A DNA stretch of 64,000 bases from Tetramitus jugosus. Taxonomy: Eukaryota; Protista; Heterolobosea. The position numbers and the translations under genes are program-made. The notes under the pieces were generated by a model, which did no database searches, was not told the origin of the DNA, and saw only the letters and a list, made by a program, of their open reading frames with translations. The stretch lies in contig OW569371.1 of NCBI GenBank assembly GCA_937625935.1, positions 310,001 through 374,000 of the forward strand. The letters run 5' to 3'. Below, one piece after another: positions 1-9,506 of the stretch (its first letter is position 1; each line of letters begins with the position of its first letter).

Positions 1-179
1 TTTCTTGGCCATCTTGGCACCTACCGAACAATTAATAAGACAGTGGAGATGTTCCGTCCTCCTTACGTATACTCCATTCCGGGGCAGTACCAACGCTTCA
101 TCCTCTTTGTTGCGGCCGATGTTCCATGGAACACTAAAAATTGTAAAGTTGATTTTACTTTCGGAGAATTAATGAAGCA

Positions 180-250
180 GCTGCTTTAGTATAGTGGTAG
201 TACACGGGATTGTGGCTCCCGCAACACCGGTTCGATTCCGGTAGGCGGCA
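180..250 (+). tRNA. trnH-GUG: tRNA-His (GUG)
   Basis: Cloverleaf: acceptor GCTGCTT/AGGCGGC, D arm GTAT..GTAC, anticodon stem CGGGA/TCCCG with GTG at 212-214, T arm ACCGG-TTCGATT-CCGGT, discriminator A250, TTTT Pol III terminator at 253-256. G-1 is not encoded (179 is A), as is normal for eukaryotic tRNA-His. Confidence 0.97.
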
Positions 251-283
251 ACTTTTGGGCACATGTTGTGGATATTTTCTTTA

Positions 284-1681
284 TCAAGGATGTTTGAAGG
301 GTTTGATACCTGCATAGTAATTAATCTTGTCTTTTGCGGCAGCTGATAGACGACCCCAAAGCACTACACGAGAGCCCATGGCAAAAGCACCATCCTTTGC
401 TCCCAGAGAGATATTTTGGGCGAATGTGCCCATTGCTTTGTATTCCGGAAGAGATGGCTCGTCTTTTTTGCTTGCCAGAATCGCCAATAAGGTCCTTCCA
501 AGAAGTTCGCCCTGAAAGTGAGCATTTGCACCTGATTTCTCACAATCAAAATCGTTGCAATCACCGACAGAGAATACATTTGGATGACTAATCGATTGCA
601 ATGTCTTATTGATAGCAACAGTCTTGCGATCTGATAGAGCTAAACCACTTCCTTCGATCCACGATGTCCTTGGTTTAGAGTTTGTGCACCAAAATATCAT
701 TGTCACATCGTTCAATTGCTTTCCACTTTTTGTCGAAAACACCTTGGTCACATCTGGATCCAAATCCTTTGAATAATCATGATCATCACTCGGAATCACT
801 CTATCATTTAACATAACAGTTACATCATTATGTTGCATAAACTTGTTCACATAATTGTGCGTTCTCTGACCACATCGTTCCAACAAAATGTCTTGTCCAT
901 GTACCAATGTAATCTTCAAATCAGATCGCTTGTTCTTCTTCTTTAGATCGTTCAATTCACCTACGAGCTCACATCCTACACTACCACCTCCTACAACAAC
1001 AATGTGCTTATTGTTTGGACTCAACAATCGATCATACACTTCCCTCAATGATTTTTCCCTAGATGCCGAATGGTTATCCTTATCCCAATCGGCCTTAATA
1101 TACGGAGCAGAATATCCAGCACCTGTCGCAACAATTAAATAATCATATGGAATCGCATGATGCTTCTGACTTTCTTCTGATTCAATCATATCATAATTCA
1201 CTTGTTGTTTCTCTGTGTTCAATCCCGTGACCTGACAATTCGTAATCACCTTAAACATCTTTCTGCCTTCTTGGGTTGGATATTTGCGATAATATCTGGT
1301 CATCAAATCGTTCTGGAATTGAAGGAGAGAACATGACACATCAGGATACTGTGATGGATTAACCATGCACCTCAATGCACAAGGAACGTACTCATAATAG
1401 TCCTTCTTCTCCAACAGAGTGACTTGAATGCTCTTTTCTTGAAACCTATCACCATTATCACCATTTTCACTACTGTTGCTATCATTGTTATGTCGTGAAG
1501 CCCGTCTTTGCTTCTTATTCTTCTTCTGGAGAAGAGTCGTTGGTTTTGAGAAGAGCTCTAGGACGACAGAGAGACCTGCCATGCCTCCACCAATGATGAC
1601 AATGTTCAAGATGGACGGATCATGGGTTGCCGTTGCGGTGTTGGTTATATTCTCTGTATGTTGTAGTTGTTCAGAAGACAT
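284..1681 (-). CDS. AIFM2/FSP1-like FAD/NAD(P)H-dependent oxidoreductase (Pyr_redox_2)
   Basis: Two Rossmann motifs (IIGGGMAG, VVGGGSVGCELVGE), YDYLIVATG, NVFSVGDC; 465 aa. Confidence 0.88.
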   Translation of the reverse strand: MSSEQLQHTENITNTATATHDPSILNIVIIGGGMAGLSVVLELFSKPTTLLQKKNKKQRRASRHNNDSNSSENGDNGDRFQEKSIQVTLLEKKDYYEYVPCALRCMVNPSQYPDVSCSLLQFQNDLMTRYYRKYPTQEGRKMFKVITNCQVTGLNTEKQQVNYDMIESEESQKHHAIPYDYLIVATGAGYSAPYIKADWDKDNHSASREKSLREVYDRLLSPNNKHIVVVGGGSVGCELVGELNDLKKKNKRSDLKITLVHGQDILLERCGQRTHNYVNKFMQHNDVTVMLNDRVIPSDDHDYSKDLDPDVTKVFSTKSGKQLNDVTMIFWCTNSKPRTSWIEGSGLALSDRKTVAINKTLQSISHPNVFSVGDCNDFDCEKSGANAHFQGELLGRTLLAILASKKDEPSLPEYKAMGTFAQNISLGAKDGAFAMGSRVVLWGRLSAAAKDKINYYAGIKPFKHP

Positions 1682-2448
1682 GATTCAATGAGATTGTTTT
1701 GTTGTTGTTTTCTGCCATGAGATATCTGATCTGGAAGCTCTTTTGCCTTTAAATGAGCGCGGCGGGGTTTGAAAAACTGTCCGGTGGGATGAAAAATGGA
1801 ACGAGCGGCGATTCTCTTGGAGCGAAAGGCGTACGGCTGGGCATTAAGAAATTGACCGATGGAGGATATCCACCGAAAACTGTCTGATCTGAACCGAGAG
1901 AAAGAGCCGAGGATGGATGATTCAAATTCAGCAACAAGGTCTATTACGGTGATTAGCCGAAATAAGACGACAACAAGCAAGACGGTGACTGGCTGAGCGT
2001 GTTGAGTACTCTGGTGTGGATGAAGCAAAAAGCCACCATTATTGCCGAAAACTCTGATTTTCCGATTGTGAGACATCGATCGAATCTTTGTCCAGGGCGT
2101 ATATTTGGGTATCTAATGACACAGACACATCGAGCAGAATTGATTTGTGATACTGGTTCGTGTTGTTTGATCACCACCAATCACAAAACTAAAAAAGAGT
2201 TGAACAGTAGTCGAGAGTAAACAAAGACACTTGGTACCTTTTAAGAACAATAGAATATTCGTAGCTCGGGGAAATTTCACTGAGACGTTACACAATCCAA
2301 AAAAAGAACACCTCTAGCTTTTGCGAGTTCACCAAACAACAATCAAAGCTAATTCACAAAGCCAAAATCTCTCAATCTGCACTGATTCATCCTCAATTGT
2401 TGTTGTTGTTTCAAGTCACAAAAAGCACGCACACACAATTGATACAAT

Positions 2449-4701
2449 ATGATTACGGTATCATCGTCCTCATCAATCTCACCCGTCTCTCCACTCAACA
2501 GTCAACCTTCTCGACGTCGAACCAACAGCAGCGGTGGTTCTCAAAATATGTCCTTGCTCCCACGTGAAAACAACAATAGTAGTAGCAGTGAGAGCACAAC
2601 TCCACTGACACCAGTTTATGGAAGTGCGAGTGATCACTCGAGCTCGAGTGCTCATACACCTTCACTCAGATCCACTGTCATGATGCATCATGATGAAGGT
2701 TATCCCAATAGTGATGATGATCACACACGGAATCTGATCGCATCTGAATCACAAGAACAAACAATCATTGCAGCAGCAGCAGCAAATAACAACAATAACA
2801 GTAATAGTAGTAGGAACAAAAGAAGGTCACCCATCTTGCTGGGAGAACCCATTCACATTTATCATCATCCGGAGCATAAGGACCACAAGAATCGGATGAA
2901 GCGCTTGCTGCATGTCGGAACACCCAGTATTATGATTGTTGTGTTGATTGTGATTACAATTACGGTGACAATTGTGTTTAAGGCAACAACTGTGATTGTA
3001 GAACAGTCACTCAAGGTGAAGAATGGAGCAGTGGCGACTGATTCTCCTCTATGTTCGCAATTGGCAAGTAATTTGATGAGAGACAATGGAGCAAATGCCA
3101 TTGATGCTGCGATTGCAGCTGCCCTTTGCTTGGGAACAACTAGACCGTTTGCCTCTGGTATTGGCGGCGGTGGATTCATGAATATTCACATGGCAAAGAG
3201 CCAGAAGAGTGATGCCATTAGCGATTTTATTAATTTTAGAGAAAAGGCTCCTGCTGCCAGTTATCCGACCATGTTTGAGGATCAGTATGAGAAATCTGTG
3301 TTGGGTGGATTATCTGTTTGTGTACCGGGTGAGATTGCTGGCTTTTGGGAGGCTCACAAGACTTATGGATCAATACCATGGAGCAGTTTGTTTACTGATT
3401 CAATTACTTTGGCACGCGACGGCTTTGTCTTGGATGATCTATTCGAGATTAGATTGAAACAGAATGAGGCTGCAATCATGAAGTCACCGACATTGAGAAG
3501 CATGTTGACAAAGATGGTGAATGGTCAACTTGTTTTGCTCAAGAAGGGTGATATTTTGAAGAGACCAGAGTACGCAAAAACCTTGGAAAAGATTGCAACA
3601 GCTGGACCATCAGCCTTCTATGAGGGATCCATTGCAGAAGCGCTCATTGCTCAGATAAAGGCTGACGGAGGTATTATGACAATGGAAGATTTGCGCACTT
3701 ATAATGTGGAGCGAGTAGCAAAGGATGCAAATCCTCAAATATCCATGCACAATCTGACTAGCAAGTATCAGGAATACCTGGTCGTATCGGGTCCACCACC
3801 ATCCAGTGGTTCACTCATTAATTTTATGTTGAATATTTTGGATAAGTTTGACTTGGATGTGCCTTCGGATGCATTCGATTATGCTCAAAAGTATCATTAC
3901 ATATTCGAGACTTTGAAGTTTGGATTTACACATCGTATGGCTCTTGGTGATCAAATGTCGCCAGAGAATGTGACATTTGTCTTAGGTGAACATATCCTAA
4001 ATCGAGATTATGCGAAATTCCTGTCTGATTTTAAGATTGAACCTCAAACGACCCATCCTTGGAATCACTATTTCTTTGATGGATACATTGCTGAGATTAA
4101 AGACAAGGGAACGACTCATGTCTCAGTGATTGACAAAGCAAGAAATGCCGTCTCTTTGACATCGACTGTGAATCATTCATTTGGCTCAAAACTAATGAAT
4201 TTGGAGACAGGAATTGTGCTGAATAATCAGATGAACGACTTTACTGTCGACATGCACAAGAAGAATGAATTTGGAATTCCTCCTTCGCCTGCAAACATTA
4301 TCAAACCAGGAAGGAGACCACAGAGCAGCATGGCACCCACCATTTTGCTCGATAATGACAGAAATGTGAAAATGGTTGTTGGCGCCAGTGGTGGACCAAC
4401 AATTCTTTCATCAATTGTTCAAGTGATTGTAAGTATCCAGGATTTTCATCTTGACACTTACAATGCTGTGAACATGCCCCGATTCCATCTTCAACCACCA
4501 GTTGAGCATGTACAAATGGAGGCTGGTATCGTCAAGGTAATTCTCGAAGGCTTAAAGAGCAGAGGTCATGTGTTCGAACTAACGAAGCCTCTTGCGGATG
4601 GACACTCGATCGGCAACGTGCAAGTCATTCGCGTCAATGACCAAAATATTCTGGAGGCTGCTTCTGATGGACGGAAGCAAGGCAAACCAGCTGGTTTCTA
4701 A
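2449..4701 (+). CDS. GGT: Gamma-glutamyltranspeptidase, type II membrane protein
   Basis: TM helix after a long N-terminal tail, NAIDAAIAAALCLG, SGIGGGGF, INFREKAP, autocatalytic Thr in GTTHVSVID, NNQMNDF, PQSSMAP, GASGG. Confidence 0.96.
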   Translation: MITVSSSSSISPVSPLNSQPSRRRTNSSGGSQNMSLLPRENNNSSSSESTTPLTPVYGSASDHSSSSAHTPSLRSTVMMHHDEGYPNSDDDHTRNLIASESQEQTIIAAAAANNNNNSNSSRNKRRSPILLGEPIHIYHHPEHKDHKNRMKRLLHVGTPSIMIVVLIVITITVTIVFKATTVIVEQSLKVKNGAVATDSPLCSQLASNLMRDNGANAIDAAIAAALCLGTTRPFASGIGGGGFMNIHMAKSQKSDAISDFINFREKAPAASYPTMFEDQYEKSVLGGLSVCVPGEIAGFWEAHKTYGSIPWSSLFTDSITLARDGFVLDDLFEIRLKQNEAAIMKSPTLRSMLTKMVNGQLVLLKKGDILKRPEYAKTLEKIATAGPSAFYEGSIAEALIAQIKADGGIMTMEDLRTYNVERVAKDANPQISMHNLTSKYQEYLVVSGPPPSSGSLINFMLNILDKFDLDVPSDAFDYAQKYHYIFETLKFGFTHRMALGDQMSPENVTFVLGEHILNRDYAKFLSDFKIEPQTTHPWNHYFFDGYIAEIKDKGTTHVSVIDKARNAVSLTSTVNHSFGSKLMNLETGIVLNNQMNDFTVDMHKKNEFGIPPSPANIIKPGRRPQSSMAPTILLDNDRNVKMVVGASGGPTILSSIVQVIVSIQDFHLDTYNAVNMPRFHLQPPVEHVQMEAGIVKVILEGLKSRGHVFELTKPLADGHSIGNVQVIRVNDQNILEAASDGRKQGKPAGF

Positions 4702-4890
4702 CAACCCACCAATACTAACACTGTAAAACTTCACACCTAACACGCAACAGCAACATGTGTCTTTTTTCACATACCCACAACAGCTGCACCCAAAGCAAAA
4801 ATCACAACGATGTCGGCGAAAATAGACGCCCAAACAACAAATTCACCCACAATCACAAAACAAGTTAGCTATCAACCCTAAAAACGAATC

Positions 4891-6698
4891 ATGGCCGGTG
4901 GTGGAGCAGACACTGGTGCTACATACACCAAAAAGGTAGCTTTCATCTACATCTTCAATCTAGTGGTTGGTGTAGGTGCACTTGCCCTTCCCTATGCCGT
5001 TCATGAGACTGGTATCATCTTGGGTACTATTTTCTTAGCTTTCTGTGCCTTTTTGGCCTATGTCTGCATCACATTTATCGTTGAGACCATGTCTGCTAGT
5101 AACGCACTTCTCAAGATGCAAAAAACAACAACTGAAGAACATGATCAGCAAGTGACAACTGATGGTAGTAGTAGTAGTACGACCAATGATTTTCATCCTC
5201 AACAGGAAACTCAATCATTGTTGTCTGTCAATGACACTGTTGCCAATGAAGAAGCAGAAGCAGTGTTGGAGCAATCGCCAATTGTCGCGGCGCCAAAAAA
5301 GAAGAGGAGGAGAAATAATCGAAAGGGTCAGAAAAAAGTGGAAGAGTATTCGCCTGAGGAACTGAGCTATTATCAAAATCCGTTTGCGATCGATACGAGA
5401 ACGGAAATTGGTCTCTTGTCCTCTCAGTTTTTGGGTCCAGTCGGAAAATACATGTTTTATTTTATTATATGGATTTATTTGTTTGGTGATTTGGCCATTT
5501 ATGCAGTTGCTGTGCCTAGTACGCTGTTGAAGGTGACTGGTGCATTGTTTGGCATGTCTCATGTAAGTGGAATATTTTTTGTCATATGCTACTGTTTTCC
5601 ATTTATTCATCTATTTTGTTGTATTATTATGCGAAATGCATGTCATGATGAATGGCGAATGATTGATAATGGGGATGAAATAGATGGGTACCTATCGAAT
5701 GTTTGTGGCCCTGTTTGGAATGGTGGTTGTTCCCTTTTCCTTCTTTAACTTTCAAAAGACAAAGTACTTGCAAATATTTACGTTGTTTACGAGAAATTTG
5801 GCATTCTGCATCATGATTTTGTTGAGTATCATCTTTGTGTTCAAGGGAGAAGGTGCATCATTCAAGAATTTGCTCTATTTTAGAGTTCAGGGTCTTGGTG
5901 TTCTCTATGGAACTGGTATTTATGCTTTCATGTGTCACCATAGCTTGCCATCCATTGTCCTACCCATCAAGAACAAGAAGAAATTGAGCTTATTGTTTGG
6001 TGGAGATTTTCTTCTCATCTTTTCAGCTTATATTGTGCTCTGCTTCTCAGCTCTGCTTGCTTTCGGAAATCAAACATTGGCCAAATGCCCTGACAAGGTG
6101 CGACCAGGACCAGCTTGCCAAATCCAAAAGCTATTTACACTCAATTTTACAAGCTATGGTATGTTATTGTTGGATGATTTTATTGTACGTTACTTTTCGA
6201 CAATGAGGTATGAATGTACTAACTCCTCTTAATGAATCAATCATAGATCATGTGATTATTGGAGGCTTCTTGTCATTGTTCCCAGTGTTTACACTGACCA
6301 CAAACTATCCATTGATCAGTATCACGATGAGAAACAATCTGCAAACATTGTTCGAGCCTGTTGCCTTTATAAGAAACTTCAAGTACAATCCATACTTGTT
6401 CTCAGCACTCAGTTCAATCCCTCCAATCATTGTGGCCTTGATCACTGATAATTTATCATTCTTGGTGTCTTTGACTGGTGCGATCGCTGGTGTGTTTATT
6501 CAATTCATTTTCCCTGCAATCCTGGTTCTCCAGAGTCGGAGGAAGATGAGAGCATTGGGAGCACCACCCAACCCTCACACTTCACCATTCTCCCATGCAT
6601 TCTGGGCTGTGTCTATCATGATTATCGGTATCATTGGCTTCTTTGTGTCATCTGGTTTGCAAATATACGACATTGTGCAATCGTTCATAAAGAAGTAA
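4891..6698 (+). CDS. TMEM104: TMEM104-like amino acid transporter (Aa_trans); exons 4891-5562, 5684-6158, 6247-6698
   Basis: YIFNLVVGVGALALP, YLFGDLAIYAVAVP, YAFMCHHSLPS, FPVFTLTTNYPLI motifs. Introns 5563-5683 (GTAAGT..TAG, phase 0) and 6159-6246 (GTATGT..TACTAAC..TAG, phase 1) join the three ORFs in frame. Confidence 0.9.
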
Positions 6699-6884
6699 TA
6701 AAGTGATGAGTTATTCTTAGGTTACCTATTCATGTTCTCTAATTTCTCGTAAATATTTACGCTGCAAACTCTTTATTTCTCCTTTTGAGGTCTTTGCGGA
6801 ACGCACCCGCAATGCTTTTTCAGCTAAATTCTCTTGAAAGATCTAAAACGACCGGTCTTTACCAGGTCAAACAAAACAATAAGC

Positions 6885-7754
6885 ATGATGAAACACAATT
6901 CGTCTCTGTCTCAGATACTTGCCATATCACTGACGAATCTCAAGTCAAAGATCCAATATGCCTTGTCGCATGCATTTCGTTTCCTCTTCATTCGAGATCT
7001 GCTCTTGTTGACAATTGTTCTGGTAGTGGAGAACAGTCTCATCTACATTGCATCTGCAGTCGATTTGGATGCTCAGGAAGTTCCCTTGGTAGACTTATTG
7101 CGCTTAAAGTTAGTCACCCATGTTTCTCTCATTAGAGCCATGCGATATTTGGACAGTATCTCATTAATCTCGTTTGTGACAGAATCGAATAATTGCCTGT
7201 TGTTCTGGATCTGTTTGTGCGTCATGTTTTACCAAAAGGGTATGAATTTGTTGCACAAGGGCATTCGAACACTTCTCGTTGTACGATTCATTCGTCTCTT
7301 CACATTCAGCATTACGATTATGCCATCGCCCAGAGGAAAGCAATGCATACTGTCTCGAGGTTTCGAAAATGAGTTGGAGGTATTCTCATCGGAATGGATC
7401 AGAAATCTGTTTGTTGTGCGAATGGGTGGTGGATGTCATGACCTATTGTTCAGTGGCCACGCAGTCATTTATGTATTATGCGTGTTGACCATGTGGGAAT
7501 TGATGGGAAAGCGGTGGTGGGGAATAATTATCACATACCAAGTCATGTTAGTCATCAAAATTCTACTGACCATTGCACTCAGTCATCATTACACTGTTGA
7601 TATTGTTGTGGCAATTGCCATCACTGTTCTAGCTTGGCAGATACCTTTTACGAACAGAGTGTACGCCACTCAAACAGAAGTCAACCACAAGCGAACGGAA
7701 GCACAACCAAGACCGAGAAAACCGTACAAGGCATACGAACAAGATTGCGTGTGA
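6885..7754 (+). CDS. Sphingomyelin/IPC synthase-like membrane protein (PAP2_C)
   Basis: Multi-TM; ITIMPSP, GGCHDLLFSGH and HHYTVD catalytic His/Asp motifs. Start set at the first ATG (MMKH). Confidence 0.85.
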   Translation: MMKHNSSLSQILAISLTNLKSKIQYALSHAFRFLFIRDLLLLTIVLVVENSLIYIASAVDLDAQEVPLVDLLRLKLVTHVSLIRAMRYLDSISLISFVTESNNCLLFWICLCVMFYQKGMNLLHKGIRTLLVVRFIRLFTFSITIMPSPRGKQCILSRGFENELEVFSSEWIRNLFVVRMGGGCHDLLFSGHAVIYVLCVLTMWELMGKRWWGIIITYQVMLVIKILLTIALSHHYTVDIVVAIAITVLAWQIPFTNRVYATQTEVNHKRTEAQPRPRKPYKAYEQDCV

Positions 7755-7794
7755 AATGAATAAATAATGTGCTTGTCATCATTTAATAACAATT

Positions 7795-9039
7795 CTATAT
7801 CGTAAATAGTTGTGAACAATCTCGAACGTCTTTCTTCAAGAATGGATGATCTAGTAATTGTTTTGCACTATACCGTTTCGATGGATCAACGGTCAGTGCA
7901 CTGTACAAGAAATGAATCGCTTCAGAGCTCCATTGTTGTTGATTGGGCAACACTGGTGGACTCGTACTGTTCCGTATAATGTGCATTGCCTCCGTATGAT
8001 CCGTAATGTGATACAATGGTGGAAACAAGTTGTTCATCAACTCGTACACCAGAATACCAAACGACCAGACATCGGCCTTGCTGTTAAACCTAGGATTCTC
8101 TGCCAAGACTTCAGGTGCTATCCAATAGGGCGTTCCCCTCACCTGACTAAACACATCCTCTTGACTCTCCAACTGTACACTTGCCCCAAAATCCGTAATC
8201 AACACTCGATAGTCCTCATCAACCAACAAGTTGTCCGATTTGATATCCAAATGCAAAATGTTGCGATCGTGCAAGTACACTAGTCCATGCAGTACTTGCT
8301 TACAAATGAACACAATGTGCTCCTCTGTAATGGTCAAATCGTTCATGGAACAGAAAAAATTGGTCAATGAACCGTATTTGCATCGCTTGAAACAAACATA
8401 GATGCATTTTGCATGAGCATACGCAGCTTCCATTCGAACAATATTCTCATGATTGCACGCATACAGCAACCTCATTTCACTCTCCAGATTCATCACTGTT
8501 TTTCTCCGATTCAACTCTGTAATCTTCATGACATACTGATGAGATGGTTGTTTGCTGCTGGACTTGGTCTTGCAAGTGCAAATTTTGCAATCAGGACAGG
8601 AACTGGCGCACAAAAACTCAAAATTCGTGTACACGTCCATCGGATCCATCGTAACCACCATTTGAGACAATTGTTGAACAACTTTTCGATACTCTTTTTC
8701 TCTCTCTTCCTTTCTCTTTCTTTCTTCTAGTGCAGATGGTGGAGATGATGGTGGACTGTGGCTCGTACGATTGCTACTCCCATGCTTGTTGTTGTTGTTG
8801 TTGTTGGTGGTGGTTGGCTCTTCAAGTGAGTGTGCAACAAGGGCTGGCTTCTCTGATGTGGGACTGTTGCCGCTGTTGGTGTTCTTGCTGTTGAGCTTGG
8901 ATGATTTGCTCAATGTGGGCAGCAAGGAAATTCTTGTAAATTTTCTCCGACGCCATTTGGAGCGCACTACGCCATTGGTAATGTCGTCATCGTCATCGTT
9001 GGAAATTTTGAGACGAGAGGAAAATCCTAGTACTTTCAT
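7795..9039 (-). CDS. STE20/PAK-like Ser/Thr protein kinase with atypical P-loop
   Basis: YVMK, HENIV, HLDIKSDNLL, DFG, GTPYWIAPE, DVWSFG, LLDHPFL. Confidence 0.9.
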   Translation of the reverse strand: MKVLGFSSRLKISNDDDDDITNGVVRSKWRRRKFTRISLLPTLSKSSKLNSKNTNSGNSPTSEKPALVAHSLEEPTTTNNNNNNKHGSSNRTSHSPPSSPPSALEERKRKEEREKEYRKVVQQLSQMVVTMDPMDVYTNFEFLCASSCPDCKICTCKTKSSSKQPSHQYVMKITELNRRKTVMNLESEMRLLYACNHENIVRMEAAYAHAKCIYVCFKRCKYGSLTNFFCSMNDLTITEEHIVFICKQVLHGLVYLHDRNILHLDIKSDNLLVDEDYRVLITDFGASVQLESQEDVFSQVRGTPYWIAPEVLAENPRFNSKADVWSFGILVYELMNNLFPPLYHITDHTEAMHIIRNSTSPPVLPNQQQWSSEAIHFLYSALTVDPSKRYSAKQLLDHPFLKKDVRDCSQLFTI

Positions 9040-9263
9040 CGTTGGATGCAGTCGGTTGAGCTTGTTTGTGTGAGTGGTGGGTGTCGTGTTTTTGTTTTTG
9101 TTTTTGTATGGTGTTATCTGTGTGGAATGAAAAAATCTCTTCGCACCTGAGATAAAGCCCGCTGAGATACCGCACGTGTTTTTCCAAACGAAACATTAAA
9201 TTTTCCTCCGGATGAAAACAACGGCGCAAAAGCAGAGTTTGACGCTTCCAAAAGGCATACGCA

Positions 9264-9487
9264 ATATGGCGAGTATTTCCAGGGGAGACCTTTTCCGTCT
9301 GGAGGAATCTGGAAGATTTCTTGTGACTTCCAGATGAGTAAGAGCAGGACGGAAAAGGTCTGAATCTGTGACTCTTCATGAGACACTCTGGAGAGTCCAG
9401 TCGAAAGAACATCCATGATGACTGGTGTTTAAATGCTGCTTCATCTTCCTTCAAAGTGCAATACGTTATTGAACTTAATCGCCATAT
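9264..9487. other. Nested inverted-repeat segment, candidate structured RNA
   Basis: Perfect 14-bp pair (9286-9299 / 9348-9361), inner 9-bp pair (9307-9315 / 9327-9335) and outer 9-bp pair (9264-9272 / 9479-9487). Confidence 0.45.
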
Positions 9488-9506
9488 AATTTCTATCCTG
9501 GATGAT

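Noticed and set aside
1-135. Open minus-strand frame at the window edge and a 14-bp palindrome (TGTTCCATGGAACA)
   Set aside because: Too short and truncated to assign.
1750-2080. GC-richer intergenic stretch with U3-like boxes (GAGCGTG, GATGA, CTGA) and short ORFs
   Set aside because: No box A/A' or convincing terminal stem, and the ORFs have no recognisable motifs.
9340-9487. RNase P/MRP or SRP RNA assignment for the structured segment
   Set aside because: No complementary CR-V/P4 strand and no SRP helix-8 arrangement; kept only as an unassigned structure.
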